A stretch of 64,000 nt of DNA, from assembly GCA_963734545.1 (NCBI GenBank), contig CAVTHO010000005.1:1-64000 (forward strand), given 5' to 3'. The translations under genes were made by a program, and so were the position numbers. Position 1 is the stretch's first letter; every line of letters begins with the position of its first letter. The stretch is from an uncultured Spirochaetota bacterium. Its GTDB lineage: Bacteria; Spirochaetota; Spirochaetia; SZUA-6; Fen-1364. Positions 28,707 to 38,050 of this stretch are shown here, one piece after another. Under the pieces are notes generated by a model that was not told the origin of the DNA, did no database searches, and saw only the letters and a list, made by a program, of their open reading frames with translations.

Positions 28707-28861
28707 TTCACCGGCTTCAAGGTGATGAGTATCTCCCCGCCCATGTCCACGTCGCTGAGCGAGCCGAGGAGCCCTACGAGCGTGTTGAGGACCACCTTCC
28801 GGGCGAACTCGTTCAGGGGCACCTTCTTCCCGGCGGACAGTATCTGCAGATCGTGCTGCAT
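28703..28861 (-). CDS. 52-aa small protein resembling the C-terminal domain of long MobB proteins
   Basis: RBS GGAGGT; MQHDLQILSAGKKVPLNEFARKVVLNTLVGLLGSLSDVDMGGEILITLKPVK; ATGA overlap with xdhC; below the ORF-track cutoff. Confidence 0.75.
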   Translation of the reverse strand: MQHDLQILSAGKKVPLNEFARKVVLNTLVGLLGSLSDVDMGGEILITLKPVK

Positions 28862-28903
28862 GGTTCACCTCCGTGGAGAAACAGGATACACTCCCCGACG
28901 CCC

Positions 28904-29509
28904 ATGACGCAATCCAGCGCTGATCTGGTGACGCCTCTCCCCTGCATAGTGAGTGTCGTGGGCCTCAAGAAAAGCGGAAAGACCACGGTCGTAACGGGCC
29001 TGCTCGCCGAGCTGCGCTCACGCGGGTATCGGGTGAGCAGCATCAAGAAGATGGAGCATGCCGCGCTCTTTCTGGATCAGGAGGGAACCGATACGCGTCT
29101 GCACGCCGATGCAGGGGCGGAGGTGGTCGTTGCGCTTCTCCCGGGGGAGACGGTCAGGTTCGAACGCTCAGGGTCGCCGGCGCCGCTCCGCGACATCGTC
29201 CGGCTCTTCCCCCCTGACACCGCGTTCCTGGTCTGCGAGGGCATGGTGGACCGAGATGCGTCCCCGCTCATTGTGCTCTGTCTTCGCAGCATGGAGGATC
29301 TGGGCGAAACGCTGGCGGTTCGAGCGATCCGACCCGGCTCGGTGCTCGCAATATCTGGCGTGGTGGCGGCAGGGGCGGTCAACAAGGGTGTGCAGGCACC
29401 TGGGGATATCCCGGTGCTTGACGCTTCTGATTCTGCTCAGCGCCGCGCCCTTGCTGACCTGATCATCGAGACTTCAAAGGGCAAAAAAAAAGCCTGCCCA
29501 GATGAATGA
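28904..29509 (+). CDS. mobB: Molybdopterin-guanine dinucleotide biosynthesis protein B
   Basis: VGLKKSGKTT, DQEGTDT, VCEG. Confidence 0.85.
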   Translation: MTQSSADLVTPLPCIVSVVGLKKSGKTTVVTGLLAELRSRGYRVSSIKKMEHAALFLDQEGTDTRLHADAGAEVVVALLPGETVRFERSGSPAPLRDIVRLFPPDTAFLVCEGMVDRDASPLIVLCLRSMEDLGETLAVRAIRPGSVLAISGVVAAGAVNKGVQAPGDIPVLDASDSAQRRALADLIIETSKGKKKACPDE

Positions 29510-29543
29510 CGCCGAGTGCTGCACCAACTGTTGGACAGGCTTT
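29483..29543 (-). terminator. Intrinsic terminator-like hairpin on the minus strand (end of a candidate sRNA)
   Basis: AAAGCCTGTCC ... GGGCAGGC followed by 9 T on the minus strand. Confidence 0.6.
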
Positions 29544-29597
29544 ATTGTTCTATGTAAGATCTGAAATCTAATATATCTGTACCACTTTTATAGAGAA

Positions 29598-29644
29598 TTG
29601 TCAACAGGTTCACGATAGACACCAGAACTTTTTTCTGGGATAAT
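29598..29644 (+). promoter_or_regulatory. Rex-like operator abutting the ech promoter
   Basis: TTGTCAA-CAGG-TTCACGA (29598-29615; 12 of 14 matches to TTGTGAA-N4-TTCACAA) followed by TAGACA-17-GATAAT. Confidence 0.6.
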
Positions 29645-29668
29645 TTCGAGGCTGGAGATCAGCCTGGA

Positions 29669-31553
29669 ATGCTCCCATTCCTCATCTGTTTCCCTCTCCT
29701 GACGGCCCTGATCCTCCTGCTCGTGCGCGGAAACACGGCGCGGAGCATCGTCGTCGTGCTCGCCTCGGTCGTGATCGCGGGGGGCTCGATCATCCTCGTG
29801 TTCGCGCGATTCCCGATGCCGATGCTCATCATCGAGCTGCCCCCCGAATACCTGAACATTGCCGTGCTCGGCCTGGAAGTCGCCATTGCGGGATTCATCT
29901 TCGTGCTGGGGATCGTGCGCACGCGCCACTTCGTGTCGCTCCTGGCTCTCCTGCAGGCAGGGCTCGCGGTGGCAACCGAAGTCCTCTTCGGAGGAGGCAT
30001 CTCCGTCGAGCGCGCGCTCGCCGCGGACAAGTTCTCCCTCATCATGGGCATGATCGTCGGGGTCGTCGGCAGCCTCATCGCCGTCTACAGCCTCGGGTAC
30101 ATGAAGGCCTACCACGAGCATCACGGGGAATACCGCGACAGGCGGCCGCTGTTCTTCTTCCTACAGTTCGTCTTCCTCGCCGCGATGTTCGGCGTATTCT
30201 TCTCCAACAGCCTGTCGCTGCTCCTGCTGTTCTGGGAAGTCACGACCCTGTGCTCGTTCCTTCTCATCGGCTACAACGGCACCAGAGAGGCGCGCGGCAA
30301 GGCCTTCCTCGCGCTGACGCTCAACCTGCTGGGCGGCCTGGCGTTTGCCGGCGCCATCCTTCCTCTGCGCCGACGGCAGCGTCGTGGAGCTGGACAAGCT
30401 GGTCTCGGGAGCGCACGGGTCGGCGCAGCTTCCCGCCGTGCTCATCCCTGTCGCGCTTCTGGCATTCGCCGGCATGACGAAGTCCGCGCAGATGCCCTTC
30501 TCGTCGTGGCTCCTGGGCGCAATGGTGGCGCCCACCCCGGTGTCCGCGCTGCTGCATTCCAGCACCATGGTGAAGGCCGGCGTGTACCTGGTGCTCCGCC
30601 TGGCCCCGGTTCTCCGCGGCACGGTTCCCGGGACCATGGTGGCGCTGATCGGCGGCATCACCTTCCTGATCGCCTCGCTGATCGCCATTTCCCAGAGCGA
30701 TGCCAAGCGCGTGCTGGCCTGGTCCACGATCGCCAACCTCGGGCTCATCGTGCTGTGCGGCGGGATCGGGACGTACGAGGCGCTCTGGGCCGGGATCCTG
30801 CTGATCCTGTTCCACGCGGTGACGAAGGCGCTGCTTTTCCTCTGCGTGGGCACCTTCGAGCAGAAGACCAACACGCGGGACATCGAGAGCATGTCCGGGC
30901 TGATCGTGACCATGCCGAAGCTGTCCATCATGATCCAGATCGGGATCGCGGGGATGTTCCTCGCGCCCTTCGGAATGCTGGTGAGCAAGTGGGCGGTGCT
31001 GAGGGCCCTCGTGGACTCCAACCCGCTGCTCGTCGTGTTCGTCGTGTTCGGCAGCTCCGCCACGCTGTTGTTCTGGGTGAAGTGGATGGGAAAGCTCCTC
31101 GAGGTGACCAAGGTCCAGCAGGACGATGAAAAGGGGATTGCCGCGCGCCAGTGGATCTCGCTGGGAGCCCTCTCGGCGCTCACCGTCGCCCTGGTGGGGT
31201 TCTACCCCCTGGTGTCGCGCCTTCTCATCGAGCCCTACGTGCGCGGCATCTACGGGATGGTGACGACGATCAGCCAGGGCAACCTCGTGATCATGTCCAT
31301 CATGCTCGGCATGGTGGCCCTGTTTCCCGCCACGTTCTTCGTCTACGGAAGGCGGGTCAGGGTCGTGGACGCCTATCTCGGCGGCGGAAACGTGGACTCC
31401 AGCGTCCTGTTCCAGGGCGCCGGGGGCGAGGTGAAGAGCATGGAGATGAGGAACTACTACCTTGCCCGTCTCTTCGGGGAGCAGCGGCTGTTCCTGGCCG
31501 GGGTCATTTCGTGCGCGGCGCTGATCTTCGTCATGTTCGGGGTGTCGCTGTGA
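29669..31553 (+). CDS. echA: Ech hydrogenase subunit A (one extra base near 30361)
   Basis: NuoL/MrpA-like membrane subunit; FWEVTTLCS, KSAQMPF, AMVAPTPVSALLHSSTMVKAGVY. Confidence 0.88.
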
Positions 31554-32411
31554 GCGCGGTGCAGACGCTCATCGCCGCGGTCATCTCCGTGGTGGCCGCG
31601 CCCCTCCTGGGAGGTCTTCTGGCCGGCGTGGACCGGAAGCTCACCGCGCGCATGCAGTCGCGTTGGGGCCCGCCCGTCCTGCAGCCCTTCTACGACGTGC
31701 TGAAGCTCTTTCAGAAGGAAAACATCGTCGTGCGCAGGTCGCAGAACTTCTACGTGTACTTCTTCTTCTTCTTCATGGTCTTCACCACGGTTCTCTTCTT
31801 CACCGGCGGGGACATTCTCCTCACGATTTTCGCCCTCACGCTGGCCAGCATCTTCCTCGTCCTGGGCGCCTACAAGGCCAGCTCTCCGTACAGCTTCATC
31901 GGAGCCGAGCGTGAGCTGATCCTGATGATGGCCTACGAGCCCATGGTGCTCCTGGCCGCGGTGGGCATGTACCTGGTGACACGGAGCTTCATCGTGGGAG
32001 ACATTGCGCGCTATCCGCGGCTTCTCGTGCAGTACCTGCCGGGGCTCTTCACTCGGGTTTGTCATCATCCTCGTGTTCAAGATGCGGAAGAGTCCCTTTG
32101 ACCTGTCGGTGTCGCACCATGCCCACCAGGAGATCGTGCGCGGCATCACCACCGAGTTCTCGGGCCGCACCCTGGCCCTGATCGAGATCGCGCACTGGTA
32201 CGAGACGATCGTCGTGCTCGGCATGGTGGCGCTGTTCTTCGCCTCCATACCCTGGCTGGCCGCCGTGGTCACCGCGGCGGTGTTCTTTGCCATGATCCTC
32301 GTGGACAACGTGTTTGCGCGGGTGAAGTGGCAGCTTGCACTGGCGAGCGGGTGGATCGTTGCCGCCACCCTCGGGGTGGGCAACATCCTGGTCGTGTACT
32401 TCCTGAGATAG
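31550..32411 (+). CDS. echB: Ech hydrogenase subunit B (one extra A near 32051)
   Basis: DRKLTARMQSRWGPP, AYEP, KSPFDLS..HHAHQE. Confidence 0.88.
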
Positions 32412-32425
32412 AGGAGATGGCGGGA

Positions 32426-33364
32426 ATGCACGCGTTCAGGAGATCACCCTGGGTCCTCCACTACGACGCCTCCAGCTGCAATGGCTGCGACATCGAGGTG
32501 GTGGCCAGCCTGACACCGATGTACGACGTGGAGCGGCTCGGCGTGGTCAATACCGGCAACCCCAAGCACGCCGACATCTTTCTCGTCACCGGCTCGGTGA
32601 ACGCGCAGAACCTCAAGGTGCTGCGCACCCTCTACGAGCAGATGCCCGAGCCGCGCGTGGTCGTGGCAGTGGGAATCTGCGCAACCTCGGGCTGCGTGTT
32701 CCGCGAGTGCTACAACGTGATGGGCGGAGTGGACACCGTGCTGCCCGTGGACCTGTACGTGCCCGGCTGCGCCGCGCGCCCGGAGTCGATCATCGACGGG
32801 GTGATCCAGGCGGTGGAGCTGCTGGAGAAGAAGCGGCGGTTCATGAAAGTCATGCACGGCCGGATGAAGGCCATCGTCATCGAAAGGGCCACGCCGCTGG
32901 ACGCGCCGGAGATTCTTGCCCTTCAGAAGATCGTCTACCAGAACGAGGCGGAGATGTACGAGGACTGGAGCCTCACGCCGCTCAAGCAGACCCTGGCGGA
33001 GATGCGGGTGGATTTCGAGTCCAAGGTGTTCATCAAGGCAGTCGTGGGAGGCAAGATCGTCGGCTCGGTGCGCGGCTACATGGTGGACGCCGCAGGAAAT
33101 GCGCAAGCGGGCGCCGGGGGCACCGCGCACATCACGCGCCTCATCGTGCTTCCCTACTTCTGGCAGCGCGGGATCGGCACGAAGCTGGTGCAGGAGATCG
33201 AGGGCTGCTTCCCCCAGGCGCGAAGGTTCGAGACCTTCATGGGCCAGAAAAGCAGGCATACGATGGAGCCCTACCAGAAGCTGGGCTATGTCCCCATCCG
33301 GCAGGAGAAGGTCTCCGAGCAGCGTGACAGGGTGTATTTCGCAAAGGAGAAAACCGGCGAATGA
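32426..33364 (+). CDS. echC: Ech hydrogenase small subunit C in frame with a C-terminal GNAT domain
   Basis: SCNGCDIE, GICATSG, VPGCAARP; then IVGSVRG, RLIVLPYFWQRGIGT, YQKLGY. Confidence 0.88.
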   Translation: MHAFRRSPWVLHYDASSCNGCDIEVVASLTPMYDVERLGVVNTGNPKHADIFLVTGSVNAQNLKVLRTLYEQMPEPRVVVAVGICATSGCVFRECYNVMGGVDTVLPVDLYVPGCAARPESIIDGVIQAVELLEKKRRFMKVMHGRMKAIVIERATPLDAPEILALQKIVYQNEAEMYEDWSLTPLKQTLAEMRVDFESKVFIKAVVGGKIVGSVRGYMVDAAGNAQAGAGGTAHITRLIVLPYFWQRGIGTKLVQEIEGCFPQARRFETFMGQKSRHTMEPYQKLGYVPIRQEKVSEQRDRVYFAKEKTGE

Positions 33365-33759
33365 CGGAAGAAATGCGCAAGCCGGCTCGCAATCCGCCGG
33401 AGCCCCAGATCATCGAGGAGATCCCCATTACGACCCTGCTCGAGAGGGCGCAGCGCATGCGCACCGAGGGATGGCGGCTGGCCCAGGCCTGCTGCACCCG
33501 GCTCGTGGCCGACCAGGAGGTGAACTACAGCTTCGACAGGGACGGCCTGCTGCACACGCTGCGCGTGCGCCTGCCGATGAATGACCCGGTGCTGCCCAGC
33601 ATCTCCCAGTTCTTCTGGGGCGCGTTCCTCTACGAGAACGAGATGCACGACCTCTTCGGCATCACGGTGAACGGGATGGCGGTGGATTTCCACGGGCACT
33701 TCTATACGACCATGATCCCCACCCCCTACGTGACCAGGGAGCCGGACCATGGCGAATAG
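33361..33759 (+). CDS. echD: Ech hydrogenase subunit D
   Basis: NuoC-like; NYSFD, LPSIS, LYENEMHDLFGI. Confidence 0.88.
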   Translation: MTEEMRKPARNPPEPQIIEEIPITTLLERAQRMRTEGWRLAQACCTRLVADQEVNYSFDRDGLLHTLRVRLPMNDPVLPSISQFFWGAFLYENEMHDLFGITVNGMAVDFHGHFYTTMIPTPYVTREPDHGE

Positions 33760-34829
33760 AACGGTCATCCCTTTCGGGCCCCAGCACCCGGTGCTGCCCG
33801 AGCCCATCCACCTCGACCTCGTGCTGGAAGACGAAAAGGTGGTGGAGGCCGTCCCGAAGATCGGCTACGTCCATCGCGGATTCGAGAAGCTCGTCGAAAA
33901 GATGGACTTCAATGAGCTGGTCTACGTGGCGGACAGGATCTGCGGGATCTGCGCCTTTATCCACAGCATGGCCTACTGCCAGGGCGTGGAGACCGTGATG
34001 CATGTCGAGGTCCCTCCGCGCGCCACGTACCTGCGCACGCTCTGGTCCGAGCTGGCCCGGCTCTCCAGCCACCTGTTGTGGATGGGGCTGATGGCCGACG
34101 CCTTCGGTTTCGAGAGCCTCTTCATGCAGTGCTTCCGCCTGCGGGAAAAGGTCGTGGACATGCTGGAGGAGATGACCGGCGGGCGTATCATCCTGGGCGT
34201 CTGCAAGGTCGGCGGGGTCCGCCGTGACGTCGACAATGAGACGCTCAAGGCGATCGTCGGCAGGGTGAACGATCTTGAAAAGAGCATGCGCCGGGTCGCG
34301 GAGGTGTTCCTCCAGGATGACTCGGTGAAGCACCGCCTGGCCGGCGTCGGCGTGCTCACAAAGGAACAGGCATCCGCGCTCGATTGTGTCGGCCCCATGA
34401 TGCGCGCGAGCGGGATTGCCCGGGACACCCGCATGCAGGGATACGCGGCCTATGCCGGCCTGGACTTCGAGCCGGTAGTGGAGACCGAGGGGGACTCCTA
34501 CGCGCGCTGCGCGGTGCGGATCAGGGAGCTTTTCCAGTCGGTGGATCTCATCAACCAGGTTGCCGCCAGGGTCCCGGCCGGGGAAGTGGCGGTGAAAGTG
34601 AGCGGCTATCCCGAACGGGGAATATCACTCCCGCTGCGAGCAGCCGCGCGGGGAGGTGATCCACTACGTCAAAGGGGACGGCACGCGCTACCTGCAGCGC
34701 TACCGGGTGCGCACCCCGACCTTCGCCAACATCCCCGGCCTGGTGAAGATGCTGCAGGGCTGCCAGCTCGCCGACGTGCCGGTCCTGGTGCTCACCATCG
34801 ACCCCTGCATCAGCTGCACGGAGAGGTAG
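33749..34829 (+). CDS. echE: Ech [NiFe] hydrogenase large subunit (one extra base near 34612)
   Basis: PFGPQHP, L1 RICGIC, L2 DPCISCTER-stop with no cleavable C-terminal extension, as in group 4e Ech. Confidence 0.9.
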
Positions 34830-34831
34830 GG

Positions 34832-35320
34832 ATGTCTGTTTTTATCATGACGCGTACCGTGCTCAGGAACCTCTTCTCCCGACCCGCCACCCGGCTGTAC
34901 CCATGGCCAGGGAAGGCCAAGGGGCGCGGGGCCATGGATGGCGGAAACGCCCCATGGCCAGGGAAGGCCGAGGGGCGCGGAGCCATGGATGGCGGAAGCG
35001 CCCCAGTCCGGGAGAAGGAGGCGCACCGGTCCGCGCGGAGCCGCGGCCACATCGAAATAGACATCAATGTCTGCATCTTCTGCGGCGCCTGCGCGAAACG
35101 CTGTCCCACCGACGCGATCATCGTCACCAAGCCGCAGAAGGAATGGAACATCGACCGGCTGCGCTGCTGCGCGTGCAATGCGTGCGTCGAGGTCTGCCCG
35201 GTGAAATGCCTGTCGATGGACAGCCGCTACACCGCCCCCACCGTGACCAGGGACAAGGACATTTTCCGGCAGCCGCCGAAATCGGCCCAGGAGCCGGTAC
35301 CTGCGGACAAGGCCCCCTAG
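34832..35320 (+). CDS. echF: Ech hydrogenase subunit F (2x[4Fe-4S]) with a 34-aa repeat insertion
   Basis: PATRLYP, CIFCGACAKRCP, CCACNACVEVCP. Confidence 0.88.
   Translation: MSVFIMTRTVLRNLFSRPATRLYPWPGKAKGRGAMDGGNAPWPGKAEGRGAMDGGSAPVREKEAHRSARSRGHIEIDINVCIFCGACAKRCPTDAIIVTKPQKEWNIDRLRCCACNACVEVCPVKCLSMDSRYTAPTVTRDKDIFRQPPKSAQEPVPADKAP
34901..35002 (+). repeat. Two tandem 51-bp palindromic units inside echF
   Basis: Units 34901-34951 and 34952-35002 differ at 3 positions; encode PWPGKAKGRGAMDGGNA and PWPGKAEGRGAMDGGSA. Confidence 0.92.
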
Positions 35321-36990
35321 GGTTTCCCGCCGGCCATGGCGATCCTGGCCTTGTACTCCGGCGAGCCCTTCACGAAGTACTTGCTGCTCCAGCGATTGTC
35401 CGAGGTGAGCCGGAAAGCCTCGAGGTTGCCCGACTTTCGTCGATCGTACTGCATGCGCGCCCTGTAGTGCTCGAACAATCGGAGAAACTCCGCGAAATAG
35501 ATGGCCGCCAGCCGGGGGCATTCGGTGATCTCCAGCAGGTTCTCGTCGTTGTTGTGCAGGGAATTGCCGCTGAAATTGGCCGACCCGGTGAAGACGACCG
35601 GCCGATCCCCTTCCGCGTCGATCACGACGAACTTGTGATGCACCCGGACCATGATCCGGGGGTTCTCTCCCGGCCACAGCACGCGCTCGGGAGCGAATCC
35701 CGTCGGGGTATCACCCGCGTCGAAGGCCCTGTAGCCGGCCACGTCGTGTTCCTTTGCGGACCGGTTCATGATGTCTATCTTTGCCGCCACGTCGGCACGG
35801 CCGGGGTCCCCGCTGGGCGCGGTCTCCGAGACCCGGTTCACGAGAGCGAGCATCATCTTTCCGTCATCACCGGCGCCGAAGACAGCGTCCAGAAGGGGCT
35901 TGTCGGTGGGGTCATACGCGCACAGAAGAACCGAGTGAGCGGCCTTTTTCACCGCATCCACGATGGTCTGGAGAGAGTCGCGGCTCGCCTGACCTTCAGG
36001 AGGAAAGAAGACCCTGACCTTTGCGTCGCCGACGCTGATTCCGCTCGACCAGCCCTTCTGCCTCTTGCGGGTCTCCGCAAGGCTCGGGTCTCCGTCGAGC
36101 AGGGCCTTCCTGTCCAGGTAGAGCCGGGCGAGCTCAGGAGATTCGAATGCATGAATCACGTTCGCCTGCGCGGACAGGCCTTCGCTGGTGAAGTTGGCCG
36201 AGCCGGTCAGGACAGCTTCGGCCTTGTTCGTCGCGCCGACGCGAACCAGGAACTTGTCGTGCATGATGTTGGCGTGCGTGCGGGCGATGAAACCCGTCTT
36301 CGGCTTTCCCGCGGTAATGAGCTCGCTGATCGCGGCGTCCGATGTATGGTCGCCCGCAGTCTGGTTGTATGCCAGCGCCAGGTCACCCCCGTACTGCTCG
36401 AAGCCGGGAACGATCCAGGTCTCGTCGGTCAGGTGGTAGATTGCGCCCTGGACAGGCTTGCCGGACGCGCGACCCAGGAAATCAGGCACAGCCAACTCCA
36501 TGCCGTTGGCCAGCCATGCGCGTGCCGCCTTCTGATGTGCCGCGGTCGAAAGGTCGGAAAACTGTTTTCCAAAGGCCTGCGAGCTGACAACCGCGCGATT
36601 GAAATGCGTGGTGATCCCCTGCTCTTCCACTTGAGGAATTCGTACGTCGATGGTTGCGGATTCGGCCTCCAGGAGCCTGGGTGATGCGGCAGGACCGATC
36701 ACGGGTGTCACATGGTAGGAGAATGACGTTCCGCGGTCCTTTGTGTCGATTCTTGCGTCCCACCAGTAGAACTTCTGTATCGGGGCTTCATTGCTCGGGA
36801 AATCGCTCTGATCCGGTTTGGGGCCGTTGAATCCAATGCGGTTGGGCAGCCAGCTTCGAGAAGCGCCAAAGAACCCGGGCGCGCGCAGGATCGCGAATCC
36901 CAGGAAGTCCGGCCTGCTGTCGCCTTCCGGCCAGTCGAAGGCAAGCAAAACAAGGGTCGGGGACTGGTACGATTTTACGATCACCGGCAT
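35317..36990 (-). CDS. Phospholipase D-like domain protein
   Basis: HDKFLV...GSANFT and HHKFVVID...GSANFS; NDENLL. Confidence 0.85.
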   Translation of the reverse strand: MPVIVKSYQSPTLVLLAFDWPEGDSRPDFLGFAILRAPGFFGASRSWLPNRIGFNGPKPDQSDFPSNEAPIQKFYWWDARIDTKDRGTSFSYHVTPVIGPAASPRLLEAESATIDVRIPQVEEQGITTHFNRAVVSSQAFGKQFSDLSTAAHQKAARAWLANGMELAVPDFLGRASGKPVQGAIYHLTDETWIVPGFEQYGGDLALAYNQTAGDHTSDAAISELITAGKPKTGFIARTHANIMHDKFLVRVGATNKAEAVLTGSANFTSEGLSAQANVIHAFESPELARLYLDRKALLDGDPSLAETRKRQKGWSSGISVGDAKVRVFFPPEGQASRDSLQTIVDAVKKAAHSVLLCAYDPTDKPLLDAVFGAGDDGKMMLALVNRVSETAPSGDPGRADVAAKIDIMNRSAKEHDVAGYRAFDAGDTPTGFAPERVLWPGENPRIMVRVHHKFVVIDAEGDRPVVFTGSANFSGNSLHNNDENLLEITECPRLAAIYFAEFLRLFEHYRARMQYDRRKSGNLEAFRLTSDNRWSSKYFVKGSPEYKARIAMAGGKP

Positions 36991-37077
36991 CTCGACTTTC
37001 CGTCCTTTGATATCAATTTATTCAACCGCGCGGCCTCGGGGCAACTCTTCGCATTCCGTGGTATACTTCTGGCACTC

Positions 37078-38007
37078 ATGATCGAAGATACGCTCAGAGC
37101 CTGGGCCGCGCGGAAGGGCTACGACGTCGCGTGGGGGCCGGGCACGCATCTGCGTGACGTGCGGGCGGAAATATCCGGCCGCGGCGCGCGGGGAGACCTT
37201 GCGCCGGATTTTGTCGAGAAGTGGCTGGGCTGGATCAGAGAACCCGTCGCGGCTGCCCCGGTCCCCGAAACCGTTATTGCCGTGGCCGTCCCCTGCCCTG
37301 CCTGCAGCATACGATTCACGCACCGGGATCGCGTGCTCACTGCAACGGTCCCTCCGACCTACGTAGAGGACGCGCGTGACAACGAGAGGATCCGGCAGGA
37401 GCTCCTGGAGCTTCTGCCGGAGCTGAACGGAGACCTGGTGCTCGTGGGGCCTGCCCGCAAGGCGCTTGCGGTACGCCTGGGACTGACCGCCTACGGCCTG
37501 AACAACATCACCTACTCGCCGAACCTGGGAAGCAGCATTCTGATCGTCGCCCTGGCCACCTCGGCCAGGCTTGCGTCATTGCCCGGGCCGCAGGCGCACC
37601 GGTCCGAGGTGCTCAGTGAATGCGAATCCTGCGGCCTTTGCCGGGATGCCTGTCCCACCGGCGCCATCCCCCGGGACCGGTTCCTCCTCAGGGCGGAGGG
37701 CTGCCTGACCTGCTGGAACGAGCTGCCCGGTCCTCTGCCGGCCTGGCTCCCTGCCGATGCGCACAACTGCCTCATCGGCTGCATGACGTGCCAGGAGGTC
37801 TGCCCGTGCAACGAAGGACTGCTGAAGACGAAGGACAGCGGAGTCGTCTTCGACGAGAGAGAGACCGCCGCGCTTCTGGCCGGCGCGGAGGCGGCGGCGC
37901 CTGCGCTGCATGCCTCGATCCAGACGAAGCTCGAGAGCATCGGATTGGCGGGAATCAGGAATGTGCTAGGAAGGAACCTTGCGCTGCTGATGGCCGCGGG
38001 AAAATAG
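37078..38007 (+). CDS. Epoxyqueuosine reductase (QueG)-like double 4Fe-4S protein
   Basis: GLTAYGLNN, CESCGLCRDACP, CLT...GCMTCQEVCP. Confidence 0.78.
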   Translation: MIEDTLRAWAARKGYDVAWGPGTHLRDVRAEISGRGARGDLAPDFVEKWLGWIREPVAAAPVPETVIAVAVPCPACSIRFTHRDRVLTATVPPTYVEDARDNERIRQELLELLPELNGDLVLVGPARKALAVRLGLTAYGLNNITYSPNLGSSILIVALATSARLASLPGPQAHRSEVLSECESCGLCRDACPTGAIPRDRFLLRAEGCLTCWNELPGPLPAWLPADAHNCLIGCMTCQEVCPCNEGLLKTKDSGVVFDERETAALLAGAEAAAPALHASIQTKLESIGLAGIRNVLGRNLALLMAAGK

Positions 38008-38034
38008 AGGGCGGGGACGCTCGTCCCCGCCCTC
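38007..38034. terminator. GC-rich hairpin between convergent genes
   Basis: GAGGGCGGGGAC-GCTC-GTCCCCGCCCTC, perfect 12-bp stem, no clear U-tract. Confidence 0.6.
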
Positions 38035-38050
38035 AGCGCGCATCCGCTTT

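Noticed and set aside
26046-35320. Selenocysteine read-through in the Mo/Se cluster or EchE
   Set aside because: No in-frame TGA at catalytic Cys positions; EchE ends DPCISC with ordinary Cys codons
33749-35320. 523-aa EchE-EchF fusion in the ORF track
   Set aside because: Produced by the insertion near 34612; the true EchE C-terminus DPCISCTER-TAG lies in another frame ending at 34829
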